Positions 9,343 through 19,135 of a stretch of DNA of 64,000 bases are shown piece after piece. The stretch's first letter is position 1, and the number at the start of each line of letters is the position of its first letter. The notes under the pieces are model-generated. The model searched no databases and was not told where the DNA came from. It saw only the letters and a program-made list of their open reading frames with translations. Made by a program: the position numbers and the translations under genes. The stretch spans positions 2,016,001 to 2,080,000 of the forward strand of contig OZ252098.1 of assembly GCA_965248355.1 (NCBI GenBank), given 5' to 3'. This DNA comes from Candidatus Latescibacterota bacterium (GTDB lineage: Bacteria > Latescibacterota > UBA2968 > UBA8231).

Positions 9343-10557
9343 CTAGGCGCCGAACTTGGCCAGGCGCCCGGCGTGGGCCAGGGCCAGAGCCATCAGTTCG
9401 GTGGACGGGATCCGTCCGAGGCTGCCGCCGGCGCAGCCCCGTTCGGTCATGCGGGTCCCGGCGACCGGGAACCCCGGCTCGCTGAGGATCAGGGTCGGCA
9501 CCGGGTGCCAGCTGTGGCGGCCCATGCGCGAGGGAGTCGAGTGGTCGCCGGTGACAACCAGGACCTCGGGCTCCAGGTCGAGAAGGCGGGGCAGGTGCCC
9601 GTCGACCTCCTCCAGCAGGGCCACCTTGCCATCGAAGTCGCCGTCCTCGCCGGCGCTGTCCGTCCTCTTGCTGTGGATGTAGTAAAAGTCCTCGGGCCCC
9701 GTCCGCCACCGCGCCGTCAGCAGGTCGAGCTGGGCGTCGAGCTGCCTGTCGCAGTCGGGTGTGTCCATGCCCACGGCGCGAGCGAGGCCGCGGTACATGG
9801 GGTAGCCTGCGAGGCCCACCGGATCGAGGCCGTAGACCTCCTGCATCGAAGGCAGCTCGGGGTACCGGCCGAAGCCCCGGATCAGCACCATGTTGGCCGG
9901 GCTCTGGCCGGCCAGGAACTCCCCGGCCCGGGCGACAAAGGAATCGGCCACCTCGACCATGCGCTCGTCCTCGCGGGAGGCCGCCCGCAGCGGCAGCGGC
10001 GCTCTCCCGGTCACCTGGGGGTCCGAGTCGCTGACCCCGTCGGAGAGCCCCTCACCGCGGAACAGGACCGCGGCCCGGTACTCCATCTCCGGGGCCACGG
10101 TCACCTCGACGCCGGGGATGTCGACCCCGGCGAGCAGGGCGCACAGCCGCCGGCAGGTCTCGGTGGGGATCCGCCCCGCCCGCCGGTCGGTGACCGCTCC
10201 GCTGGCGTCGACGGTGCAGAAGTTCAGGCGAGCCGCCACGTCTCCCGGACGGAAGTCGAGGCCCAGACCGAGGCAGGACAGGGCGCCGCGGCCGATCCTC
10301 CTGACCCACGGGTCGTACCCGAACAGGGCCAGGTGCGCCGGTCCGCTGCCCGGCGTGAACCCGGCGCCCAGAGGCGAATGGAGACCGCAGCTGGCGCGCC
10401 CGCACAACCGGTCGAGGTTGGGCAGCGAGGCGGTCTCCAGCTCGCTCAGGCCGGTCTCGGGGTGGGGCAGACCGCCGAGGCCGTCGACGACCAGCAGGAC
10501 GATGCGCGCCCCGGAGCCGGTCACGAACAGCTCCCGGGTGAGATCGGAGCTGATCAC
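9343..10557 (-). CDS. apgM: 2,3-bisphosphoglycerate-independent phosphoglycerate mutase (ApgM type)
   Basis: VDGLGG, TPGSGPAHLALFGYDP, TDRRAGRI, TGDHSTP, HSWHPVP; GTG start overlapping recJ stop. Confidence 0.92.
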   Translation of the reverse strand: MISSDLTRELFVTGSGARIVLLVVDGLGGLPHPETGLSELETASLPNLDRLCGRASCGLHSPLGAGFTPGSGPAHLALFGYDPWVRRIGRGALSCLGLGLDFRPGDVAARLNFCTVDASGAVTDRRAGRIPTETCRRLCALLAGVDIPGVEVTVAPEMEYRAAVLFRGEGLSDGVSDSDPQVTGRAPLPLRAASREDERMVEVADSFVARAGEFLAGQSPANMVLIRGFGRYPELPSMQEVYGLDPVGLAGYPMYRGLARAVGMDTPDCDRQLDAQLDLLTARWRTGPEDFYYIHSKRTDSAGEDGDFDGKVALLEEVDGHLPRLLDLEPEVLVVTGDHSTPSRMGRHSWHPVPTLILSEPGFPVAGTRMTERGCAGGSLGRIPSTELMALALAHAGRLAKFGA

Positions 10558-12290
10558 GGGGTCTCCGCGTCGAGCGCCGCCGAAGCCACACCCTCGGCCG
10601 GGCCGCCGGAGAGCTCGCACCCGGCCGCCGAAGCCATGTCGCGGATCACCATCTGCACCGTGCCCATCCCGTTGAAGGTGTCCTCCGACAGCTCGTAGGC
10701 CACGTCCAGGCGTTGCCCCGCTTCCAGGTCGCCGGCCAGGGACCCATGGCGCCACCACACGCCCGGCCGCACGCCTTCCGCCTTGAAGGCCACCTTGAGG
10801 TGCTCTCCCTCCTTGCCGACGCGGCTCCTGCTGTCCAGCTCGAGATCCCGCGTCAGGAACAGGGGCACCGGGTTTCCCTGGCCGAAGGGCTCCAGGCGGC
10901 GCAGGATTTCGACCGTGGCCATGTCGATGTCCGACGCCCGCAACTCCAGGTCGACGTCGAGATGGGCCTCGAGATCCGCCGGCGTCAGCTCGGCGCCGGC
11001 ATGATCGATCAGGCTCGCCCGGAACTCCTCGAAGGCCTCGGCGGGCAGGGAGAACCCGGCGGCGCCGGCGTGGCCCCCGTAGGTCGTCAGGAAGCGCGAG
11101 CAGTGGCGCAGGCCGTCGTTCATGTCGTAGGGGGGGATGCTGCGCGCCGATCCGACGTAGAGTCCGTTGCGCTGCACGTCGGTGAGGACCACGGCGGGCC
11201 TGTAGAACGTCTCCGCCAGGTTGCTGGCGATCAGGCCGATGACGCCGAGGTCCCACTCCTCGCCGAGGACGCAGAGCAGGCGCTCGCGCTCGAGCTGGTC
11301 CTCGGAGACCAGGGACCGGGCCTCCCTGACCCCCTCCTTCTGCAGTTGCTGCCGCCGGAGGTTGAGCTCGTTGAGCTGCCCGGCCAGCAGGCGGCCCTTC
11401 TCGTGGTCCTCGGCGCGCAGCAGGTCGAGAGCCAGGTCCGGCTTCTTCAGGCGGCCGGCGACGTTCAGGCGGGGGCCCAGGTAGAAGGCCAGGGCGGTGC
11501 TGTCGACCCGCCCGCGGGGGCAGCGGGCGGCGATGCGCAGTTCCTGCAGGCCGGGCCGGGCGCTGCGCTCGATGGCCTTGAGACCGTGGCGCACGAGCAC
11601 CCGGTTCTCGCCGAGGAGGGGGACCATGTCGGCCACCGTTCCGAGGGCGACGAGGTCGAGCAGATCGTTCAGGTAGCGGCGGCGCTCGCCGGACTCGAGA
11701 AGGGACTCGCTCAGTCGCTGTACGACCTTGAAGGTCACACCCACGCCGGCCAGACCCTTGAAGGGGTAGCCGCAGTCCCGGCGGTTGGGGTTGATGATGC
11801 TGTGCGCCGGCGGCAGCTCCTCGTTCTGCCGGTGGTGGTCGATGACGACCACGTCCAGGCCTTCGTCCCGGGCCAGCTCCAGGGCCTCGAAGGCGGAGAT
11901 GCCGTTGTCCACGGTCACCACGAGGTCGGCGCCGAGGCCCAGGGCCTTCTGCACCCCGGGCGGCTTCAGGCCGTAGCCGTCGGTGCGGCGGTCCGGGAGC
12001 AGGGCGTGGACCCTCGCGTTCACCCGCTCGAGGAAGTCGAGGAGCAGGGCCGTGCTGCTGATGCCGTCCACGTCGTAGTCCCCGTAGACGACGATCGTCT
12101 CGTCGCGGCGCGCGGCGCGCTCGATGCGCTCGGCGCCGCGGTCCAGGTCGGTGAGCAGCTCCGGACGGTGCAGCCCTTCCGGGCCCACGTCGAGATCGGC
12201 GAGGCGCAGCCCGCGGCTGGCGAGGAGGACATCGAGCAGGGCGCCGTATTCCCCCTCGTGGGCCAGACGCCACACCGGGTAGGTACGCAA
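10554..12290 (-). CDS. recJ: Single-stranded DNA exonuclease RecJ
   Basis: YGDYDVDG, TVDNG, IDHH, LGTVADMVPL, PRLN.AGRL, GSARS, GGHAGAAG. Confidence 0.96.
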   Translation of the reverse strand: MRTYPVWRLAHEGEYGALLDVLLASRGLRLADLDVGPEGLHRPELLTDLDRGAERIERAARRDETIVVYGDYDVDGISSTALLLDFLERVNARVHALLPDRRTDGYGLKPPGVQKALGLGADLVVTVDNGISAFEALELARDEGLDVVVIDHHRQNEELPPAHSIINPNRRDCGYPFKGLAGVGVTFKVVQRLSESLLESGERRRYLNDLLDLVALGTVADMVPLLGENRVLVRHGLKAIERSARPGLQELRIAARCPRGRVDSTALAFYLGPRLNVAGRLKKPDLALDLLRAEDHEKGRLLAGQLNELNLRRQQLQKEGVREARSLVSEDQLERERLLCVLGEEWDLGVIGLIASNLAETFYRPAVVLTDVQRNGLYVGSARSIPPYDMNDGLRHCSRFLTTYGGHAGAAGFSLPAEAFEEFRASLIDHAGAELTPADLEAHLDVDLELRASDIDMATVEILRRLEPFGQGNPVPLFLTRDLELDSRSRVGKEGEHLKVAFKAEGVRPGVWWRHGSLAGDLEAGQRLDVAYELSEDTFNGMGTVQMVIRDMASAAGCELSGGPAEGVASAALDAETP

Positions 12291-12365
12291 GATGACTTCT
12301 GCGGTCGGGTCGGGAGGTAGAGAGCCCGTGACACCACGGACGCCCTCTGGGGGGGAGAGTTGGCC

Positions 12366-12393
12366 AATATAGCCGGGGCCCCGACTTGGTCAA
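12366..12393 (-). promoter_or_regulatory. Sigma70-type promoter upstream of recJ
   Basis: Minus strand TTGACC-N16-TATATT. Confidence 0.55.
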
Positions 12394-12472
12394 GGTCCCC
12401 CTTGCGCCCCCCGGAGGCTTTGCCGCATCCGACCCCGGCTCTACCTTTGGCCGGGGTGACGGCCCTTTCGAG

Positions 12473-13816
12473 ATGATGAAGACGGACCCGGCCCGGGCCG
12501 AGGCGTTGCGCCTTCTGGACGAGGTCGAGGCAGGCCGCCGGCTCGCCCCCCTCCTCGAGAGCCTGGCGGGCCCCTTCGACGGGCGTGACCGCCGTTTCGT
12601 CCGCCAGCTCGCGGCGGGGGTACTGCAGTGGCGGGGCCGCCTCGACTGGATCCTGACGGCTTTCTCGAACCGTCCCCTCGACACCCTCTCCCCCGGAGTC
12701 CGCCAGATCCTGCGCCTCGGCGCCTATCAACTGCTATGGCTGGATCGGGTTCCCCCGGCCGCCGCCGTGAACACCGCCGTCGACCTGGCCCGCCAGCGCG
12801 GCCACCCGGGCTCGGCCGGCTTCGTGAACGCCGTCCTGAGGCGGGTGTCGGCGGAGGGCGCCCGCGTGGCCTACCCGAACCCCACCGACGATCCGGAGAA
12901 GTACCTGTCCGTGTACCATTCTCACCCGCGCTGGCTCGTGGGCCGCTGGCTGGCGCGCTGGGGACCGGCCCGCACCGAGGCCATGCTGCAGGCCAACAAC
13001 GAGCCGCCGCCGCTCTTCGTGCGTCCCGACCCGCGGTACGGGAGCGCCCACCGGCTCGTCGAGTCCCTGCCGGAGAGCCTGGGCGCCGCGGTCGTGGAAC
13101 TCCGCCCGGAGGCCTGCGAGCTCCGGCGGCCCGAGGGCTTCTTCGACTCGGAAGCCTTTCTCGAGGGGCGCTGCTTCGTGCAGGACCTCAACGCCGGACT
13201 GGCCGTGGAGCTGCTGGCGCCGCGGCCCGGGGATCGCGTCCTGGACGCCTGCGCCGCCCCTGGGGGCAAGGCCGTGCAACTCGCCCTCGCCGTCGACCCC
13301 GGCCGAGTCGCGGCGGGAGACCTGTCCCGGAGCCGTCTGCGGCGTCTGCGCGAGAACGCCGGCCGCCTGCGGCTGGGGGGGATTCGGGCCTTCGTCGGCG
13401 ACGCCGCCGCCGGAGCCCACCCGGAGGGCGTCTTCGATCGGGTCCTGGTGGACGCGCCCTGCAGCGGCACCGGCGTCCTGCGGCGTCAGCCGGAGGCGCG
13501 CTGGCGCAAGTCGGAGTCCGACCTGGCGCGGCAATCACACCGGCAGTCGGCCATTCTCGAGTCGGCCTTCCAGGCCCTGAGGCCCGGAGGCCGGCTCGTG
13601 TACAGCACCTGCTCCCTCGAGGACGAGGAGAACGACGCCGTCGTCGACCGCCTGCTGGCCCGCAGGGCCGACGCCCGCCTCGAGCCGGCCTCACAGCGGT
13701 TCCCCGGAGTGCCCTGGGCGGCGCGCACCGTTCAGACGCTTCCCGGCCGGGAGCCCGGGGACGGCGCCTTCGCCGCCCTGATCCGGAAGCTGGGCTCCCC
13801 GGGAAGGGTCCCGTGA
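12473..13816 (+). CDS. rsmB: 16S rRNA m5C967 methyltransferase RsmB/Sun
   Basis: NusB-like N-terminus (LRLGAYQL, FVNAVLR), LDACAAPGGK, DAPCSGTG, YSTCS. Confidence 0.93.
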   Translation: MMKTDPARAEALRLLDEVEAGRRLAPLLESLAGPFDGRDRRFVRQLAAGVLQWRGRLDWILTAFSNRPLDTLSPGVRQILRLGAYQLLWLDRVPPAAAVNTAVDLARQRGHPGSAGFVNAVLRRVSAEGARVAYPNPTDDPEKYLSVYHSHPRWLVGRWLARWGPARTEAMLQANNEPPPLFVRPDPRYGSAHRLVESLPESLGAAVVELRPEACELRRPEGFFDSEAFLEGRCFVQDLNAGLAVELLAPRPGDRVLDACAAPGGKAVQLALAVDPGRVAAGDLSRSRLRRLRENAGRLRLGGIRAFVGDAAAGAHPEGVFDRVLVDAPCSGTGVLRRQPEARWRKSESDLARQSHRQSAILESAFQALRPGGRLVYSTCSLEDEENDAVVDRLLARRADARLEPASQRFPGVPWAARTVQTLPGREPGDGAFAALIRKLGSPGRVP

Positions 13817-14544
13817 AGCCGCTCCTGCGCACCCTGGGGACGGGCGCGGCCGTGGCCGGCGGGACCGCGTTCCTGTTCCTGGTAGCCCTCGATCACCTGA
13901 TCATGCCGCAGATCGTCCAGGTGCCCATGGTCACCGTGCCCGACGTGCGCGGCCGGACCGCGGAGGAGGCCCGCCGGCGCGTGGCCGGCGAGGGACTGCG
14001 TCTGGCCCTGCGGGACAGCGTGTTCTCGGAATCGGCGGCCATCGGCCGGATCGTGGACCAGGCGCCGCGGACCGGCGAGCGGATCAAGCGGGCCCGGCGG
14101 GTCTTCGTCGACGTCAGCCGAGGTCCGCGGCTCTACCCGGTGCCCGACGTCACGGGCGGCAGCGAACGGGAGGCGGGCCTGAAGATCCAGGGCGGCCAGT
14201 TGAGACCCGGCCCCGTCGAGTACGCCTCGTCCAGCAACTTTCCGGAAGGAGTGGTCATCCGGCAGCGCCCCGCCGCCGGCGAGCGCGTGGCCCGCGGATC
14301 GGTCGTGCATCTGGTGGTCAGCAGCGGCTCCCCCTCCTCCCCCAAGCGCGTCCCCGATCTGGTGGGCCTGTCGATCGCGGTCGTCGGGGACAGCCTGCGC
14401 AAGTACGAGATGACCCTCGGCGCCGTCCGTGAGCGAGCCGACCCGCTTCCGGCCGGTCAGGTGCTGTCCCAGACGCCCGAAAGAGGCGCCCGCGTCCCCC
14501 GCCACACGGCCGTCGAGGTGGTCGTGAGCGCCCAGCCCCCATGA
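13813..14544 (+). CDS. PASTA domain-containing protein (3 PASTA repeats)
   Basis: TM anchor then VPDVRG, VPDVTG, VPDLVG repeats with VI.Q.P..G; typical rsmB-PASTA-rpe context. Confidence 0.88.
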   Translation: MKPLLRTLGTGAAVAGGTAFLFLVALDHLIMPQIVQVPMVTVPDVRGRTAEEARRRVAGEGLRLALRDSVFSESAAIGRIVDQAPRTGERIKRARRVFVDVSRGPRLYPVPDVTGGSEREAGLKIQGGQLRPGPVEYASSSNFPEGVVIRQRPAAGERVARGSVVHLVVSSGSPSSPKRVPDLVGLSIAVVGDSLRKYEMTLGAVRERADPLPAGQVLSQTPERGARVPRHTAVEVVVSAQPP

Positions 14545-15200
14545 GCGGAATCTCCGTCGCCCCCTCTCTTCTGGCCGCCGACTTCGCGCGCCTCGAGACC
14601 GAGATCGAGCGTGTGGAGGCGGCCGGCGCCGACTTCCTGCACCTGGACATCATGGACGGGCACTTCGTCCCCAACCTCAGCTACGGCATTCCCGTGGTGG
14701 AGGCCGTGCGCCGGTGCACGCGCCTGCGCCTGGACACCCACCTGATGCTCTCCGACCCCGGCGCCTACCTGGAGGCCTTCGCCCGGGCCGGGGCCGACTC
14801 CCTCACCGTGCACGTGGAGATCGACGCCGATCCCGCCCGGCTGCTGGCCGAGATCGGCCGCCTCGGTCTCGGCCGGGGGCTGGCCGTCAACCCCGGCACG
14901 CCCGTGGACCCTCTGCTGCCGCACCTGGAGAGCCTGGACCTGATCCTCGTCATGTCCGTGGAGCCCGGCTTCGGCGGCCAGTCCTTCTTGCCCGGGGTGC
15001 TCGACAAGGTGCGCGCCTTGCGCGGGATCCTGGCCGGGCGCGGCCTGGAGGTGCCCATCGAGATCGACGGCGGCGTCGGTCCCGGCAACGCGGCCGACTG
15101 CCGCCGGGCGGGGGCCTCCTGGCTGGTGGCCGGGTCGTCCGTCTTCGGCGCTGCGGACCCGGCCGAGGCCATCCGCCGGATCCGCGGAGACGAGCGCTGA
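14541..15200 (+). CDS. rpe: Ribulose-phosphate 3-epimerase
   Basis: APSLLAADF, HLDIMDGHFVPNL, MSVEPGFGGQ, EIDGG. Confidence 0.97.
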   Translation: MSGISVAPSLLAADFARLETEIERVEAAGADFLHLDIMDGHFVPNLSYGIPVVEAVRRCTRLRLDTHLMLSDPGAYLEAFARAGADSLTVHVEIDADPARLLAEIGRLGLGRGLAVNPGTPVDPLLPHLESLDLILVMSVEPGFGGQSFLPGVLDKVRALRGILAGRGLEVPIEIDGGVGPGNAADCRRAGASWLVAGSSVFGAADPAEAIRRIRGDER

Positions 15201-15246
15201 GCGACCCCCCTCTCCCGACCGGGCGACCCCGGCGGGAGCCGGGCCC

Positions 15247-16656
15247 TCAGGGGCGAGAGACCCGTGGGGTCGGCTCGCCCGCGGCAGGTTGCTCCCGCGG
15301 CTCCAACCGCATGGGCATGAGCAGGGCGCTGTGCCGGCCGTCCCGCACGTCGAAGTGGAGGGCCGGGAGGGCGCCGGTCCCGGGGCGGATCCGGATCTCA
15401 TCGCCGGCCTCGGCCAGGGCCGCCACGACCGTCTTCAGCAGATCGTGGTTGACCCCCACACGAAAGCGATCGGCCGCCGCAGGCGCCACCCGGACCGGGC
15501 AGGCCACCGCGTGGGTCCATTCAGGCTCCTCTGCATCCAGGTTCGGCGCGTCTTCCTCGACGCGGGAGAATCCCTGGTCCCGGCTCGTGCGCAGCGTGAG
15601 CCGGCTCTCCGTGCCCGACAGGCGTATCTCCACGAGGGGGTTGTAGATCCATCCCGGGCTCTCGACCCGGTGCCGGGGACTCAGGTACGGCTCGATCCCT
15701 TCCACGCACGCCATCAGCTCTGCGGCCTCCGCGACCACCGAGACGGATCCGGGCGGGTGAAGGCCCACGGCCTCCTCGTAGCGCAAGTAGGGGCCGGGGT
15801 GGATGGGGAACGTCGTGCTGACGCCGTCCCGCGTCTTCAGGGTGGCCTCCTCCTCGTCGATCACCAGTGTGGCTCCCTCCGCCTCCGGGACCGCCTCGGA
15901 GGCCACCGACTCCAGGACCACCGGGGCGGCCAGGGAGGCCAGACCCCGACTCGACCAGCTCAGAAGGCGTGCGCCGTCGCAGGCAACCATGCGGCCCCCC
16001 GCGTCCAGGCAGACGCACCGCAGGATGCGCCGGTGATCCCTGCCCTGAAAGCGGGCCAGGTGACGCAATCCGGTCAGGTCGGCGGCGGTCAGTTCGTAGC
16101 TCTGCGAGAAGCTTGACTCCGGCATGGCGATGATCTCCTTGTGCAGTCGTGATCGGGCTTTCTGCAGACGGCTGCGGACCGTCTCCGTCCTCAGGTCGAG
16201 CAGCAGGGCCGTCTGACGGTAGGAGTAGCCCTTCAGGTAGTGGTGGACGATCACGTCCCGGTGGGCGTCGCCGAGCCGCCCCAGGGCCTCTCGCAGGAGG
16301 CTGCGGATGCGCTTCTCCTCCCGTCCGTGCACCGGGGCCGCCGCCGACTCCACTTCGAACCGCTCGAGCAGGTCGAGTTGTGCGAGCCGGCGCCGATGCC
16401 ACATGCGCACGTGGTTGTCGGCGATCGACCGCAGCCAGGCGGGGAAGCGGCCGGGACTCCGCAACGTGGCCATCCCCTCCCAGGCCGCCAGGAAGACCTC
16501 CTGCAGCAGGTCCTCGGCCGTATCCCGGGAACCGAGCCTCGACGAGATCCGCGCCAGCAGCCAGCCCGCGTGCCCCTCCACCAGACGGCCGAAGACTTCG
16601 GCGTCTCCCGAGGTGGCCGCGGTCACCTGGTCCTTCTCATCCCGGTCCATGATCAC
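15247..16656 (-). CDS. ECF sigma-70 factor fused to a C-terminal beta-sliding-clamp-like (DnaN domains II-III) region
   Basis: Sigma2 AEDLLQEVF..AW and FPAWLRSIA, sigma4 YSYRQTA...TVRSRLQKAR; extension with MVACDGARL, GPYLRY, VGVNHDLL, LLMPMRL. Confidence 0.8.
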   Translation of the reverse strand: MIMDRDEKDQVTAATSGDAEVFGRLVEGHAGWLLARISSRLGSRDTAEDLLQEVFLAAWEGMATLRSPGRFPAWLRSIADNHVRMWHRRRLAQLDLLERFEVESAAAPVHGREEKRIRSLLREALGRLGDAHRDVIVHHYLKGYSYRQTALLLDLRTETVRSRLQKARSRLHKEIIAMPESSFSQSYELTAADLTGLRHLARFQGRDHRRILRCVCLDAGGRMVACDGARLLSWSSRGLASLAAPVVLESVASEAVPEAEGATLVIDEEEATLKTRDGVSTTFPIHPGPYLRYEEAVGLHPPGSVSVVAEAAELMACVEGIEPYLSPRHRVESPGWIYNPLVEIRLSGTESRLTLRTSRDQGFSRVEEDAPNLDAEEPEWTHAVACPVRVAPAAADRFRVGVNHDLLKTVVAALAEAGDEIRIRPGTGALPALHFDVRDGRHSALLMPMRLEPREQPAAGEPTPRVSRP

Positions 16657-16800
16657 CCTGACAGTTGCGCGCCGGGCCTGGAGGTATCCCGGCCCCGGCG
16701 GGAATATCTCCGCCGGGCGCCCTCCGTGGCGGAACCGCCCCCCGCAGACTATATTTACTCCTTTTGCGGCAAGGGGTTACGGGCTCGGAGGCCCGCCGGT

Positions 16801-18147
16801 TTGTTCGAGAGACTGACAGAGCGTTTCGACGACGTCTTCCGCCAGTTGCGCGGTCAGGGCCGCATCACCGAGAAGGCCCTCGACCAGTCACTGCGCGAGA
16901 TCCGACGCGCCCTGCTCGAGGCCGACGTCAACTTCAAGGTGGCCAGGAGCTTCCTCGGGCGGGTCCGCGAACGGGCCCTCGGGCGCGAGGTCCTGCGCAG
17001 CCTGAGCCCGGGGCAGCAGGTCATCAAGGTCGTCCACGAGGAGCTCATCGCCCTCCTCGGCGGCACCGCGGCGCCCCTGGAGCTGGGGCCGCAGCCGCCG
17101 ACGGCGGTGCTCCTCGTCGGTCTGCAGGGCTGCGGCAAGACCACGGTGGCCGCCAAGCTGGCCCGTCACTTCAAGGAGCGCGGACGCCTCCCCTACCTGG
17201 TGGCGGCCGACACCTACCGGCCCGCCGCCGTCGAGCAGCTGCGCACTCTGGGGGCCGGCATCGAGGTCGGCGTCTTCGGCCCCGGCGAGGCCGGCTCCGA
17301 CGATCCCGTCGAGATCTGCCGCCTCGGAGTGGAGCAGGCGCGCCTGCGCAACCGCAGCATGGTCCTGCTCGACACCGCCGGCCGCCTGAGCATCGACGAG
17401 GAGATGATGGCCGAGCTGTCGGCCATCCGCGAGGCCGTACGGCCCCACGAGACCCTGTTCGTCGCCGACGCCATGCTCGGCCAGGACGCGGTGGAGACGG
17501 CGAGCCGCTTCCACGAGCGCATTCCCTTTCAGGGCGTGGTGTTGACCAAGATGGACTCCGACGCCCGCGGCGGCGCCGCCCTGTCGATCCGCGAGACCAC
17601 GGGCCAGCCGATCCGCTACGTCGGCACCGGGGAAACCCTCGAAGGGCTGGAGCCCTTCCATCCGGATCGCGTCGCCTCCCGCATCCTGGGGATGGGCGAC
17701 GTGCTGTCCCTGGTGGAGAAGGCGGAGCAGAGCATCGGCAGGGAGCAGGCCGCGGCCATGGAGGAGAAGCTGCGCAAGGAGTCCTTCACCTTCGAGGACT
17801 TCCAGCAGCAGTTGCGGGCGGTGCGCGACATGGGCCCGGTCGACCAGCTCCTGGGCCTGATCCCGGGTGCCGGCAAGACCCTGAAGGGAGCGAGCGTCGA
17901 CGACGGCGCCTTCAGCCAGACCGAGGCGATCATCAACTCCATGACCCTTCAGGAGCGCCGCCGTCCACAGATCCTCAACGGCAGCCGGCGGCGGCGGATC
18001 GCCCGCGGCAGCGGCACCTCGATCCAGGACGTGAACCGTCTCCTCAAGCAGTTCCACGCCATGCAGAAGATGTTGCGCCAGATGAGCCGGCCCGGACGCA
18101 AGGGACGGGGACGGATGTCCCTGCCCCTGTCCCTGCCGGGTACCTGA
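16801..18147 (+). CDS. ffh: Signal recognition particle protein
   Basis: TTG start MFERLTERF; ALLEADV, GLQGCGKTT, DTAGR, TKMDSDARGG, ILGMGD, IINSMT. Confidence 0.97.
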   Translation: MFERLTERFDDVFRQLRGQGRITEKALDQSLREIRRALLEADVNFKVARSFLGRVRERALGREVLRSLSPGQQVIKVVHEELIALLGGTAAPLELGPQPPTAVLLVGLQGCGKTTVAAKLARHFKERGRLPYLVAADTYRPAAVEQLRTLGAGIEVGVFGPGEAGSDDPVEICRLGVEQARLRNRSMVLLDTAGRLSIDEEMMAELSAIREAVRPHETLFVADAMLGQDAVETASRFHERIPFQGVVLTKMDSDARGGAALSIRETTGQPIRYVGTGETLEGLEPFHPDRVASRILGMGDVLSLVEKAEQSIGREQAAAMEEKLRKESFTFEDFQQQLRAVRDMGPVDQLLGLIPGAGKTLKGASVDDGAFSQTEAIINSMTLQERRRPQILNGSRRRRIARGSGTSIQDVNRLLKQFHAMQKMLRQMSRPGRKGRGRMSLPLSLPGT

Positions 18148-18188
18148 ACCCGCCGGATTTCCCCCACCTAGCCAGGAGCCATCGCCAC

Positions 18189-18593
18189 TTGGTCAAGCTT
18201 CGCCTCAAGCGAATGGGACGCAGGAAGCGCCCCTTCTACCGAATTGTCGCCATGACCGACAACCTGCCCGGTACCGGGCACGCCCTGCAGGAACTGGGCA
18301 CCTACGACCCCGTGCACGCGCGCTTCGAGGTCGACGAGGAGGCCGCCCTCGGCTGGCTGAACAAGGGCGCCCAGATGACGCCCACCGTCCACGATCTGCT
18401 GCGCAGCAAGGGCATCCTCGCCCGCTGGCGCGGCTTCGAGGGAGTGGAGCGCGAGGGCGCGCTGACCACCGACAAGCCCAATCGCCGCAAGAAACTCGGC
18501 GCCACGGCGGCCATCCCGGTGGAGAAAGAGGACGTCCCGGAGGGGTCGCCAGAGGCCGTGACGGATGAGGGCGAGGGGTCCGGGGAGGGATAG
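18189..18593 (+). CDS. rpsP: 30S ribosomal protein S16 with C-terminal extension
   Basis: TTG start MVKLRLKRMGRRKRPFYRIVA, LGTYDP, WLNKGAQMT. Confidence 0.95.
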   Translation: MVKLRLKRMGRRKRPFYRIVAMTDNLPGTGHALQELGTYDPVHARFEVDEEAALGWLNKGAQMTPTVHDLLRSKGILARWRGFEGVEREGALTTDKPNRRKKLGATAAIPVEKEDVPEGSPEAVTDEGEGSGEG

Positions 18594-19134
18594 GGCCACG
18601 GACGGATCGGAGCCCGGCCGTGTCGCCGTCGGCTTCGCGGGGCGCGCCAAGGGGGTGCGCGGCGAGGTCGTCGTGGAACCCCTCACCTGGAACCCGGACC
18701 GGTTCGACGGGCTGCGCACCGTGCGGCTCGAGCGCAAGGGACAGGCGGACCTCGAGTTGCGCATCGAGAGGTGGCGCCCGGACCGCGGGGGGTTGCTGAT
18801 GAAGTTCGCCGGCGTCGACACCCCCGAGCAGGTGCGGGACGGCATCACGGGCGGATACCTGACGATTCCCAGGGATCGGGTCGCCCCGCCTCCCGATGGC
18901 CGCTACTTCGTCTTCGACGTGGTCGGCTGCCGGGTCTGGGATGACCTCGGCCGTCGTCTCGGCGAGGTGACCGAGGTGCTGCAGATGCCGGCCAGCGATG
19001 TCTTCGCGGTCCGGCTCGAGGACGGAGGCCAGTTCCTGCTGCCGGCGGTCCGCGATTTCGTGACCCGCATCGACGTGGACCACCGGCGGATCGAGGTTCA
19101 GGGCGTCGAGGAGCTGCTGGCGCCGGGAGGATGA
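18565..19134 (+). CDS. rimM: Ribosome maturation factor RimM
   Basis: GVRGEV, YFVFDVVGC, PASDV, LLPAV; position in rpsP-rimM-trmD-rplS operon. Confidence 0.9.
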   Translation: MRARGPGRDRATDGSEPGRVAVGFAGRAKGVRGEVVVEPLTWNPDRFDGLRTVRLERKGQADLELRIERWRPDRGGLLMKFAGVDTPEQVRDGITGGYLTIPRDRVAPPPDGRYFVFDVVGCRVWDDLGRRLGEVTEVLQMPASDVFAVRLEDGGQFLLPAVRDFVTRIDVDHRRIEVQGVEELLAPGG

Positions 19135-19135
19135 G

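Noticed and set aside
9343..12684. Apparent 1113-aa protein ending in phosphoglycerate mutase
   Set aside because: The N-terminal 700 aa is an alternate frame of recJ; the real gene starts at GTG 10557
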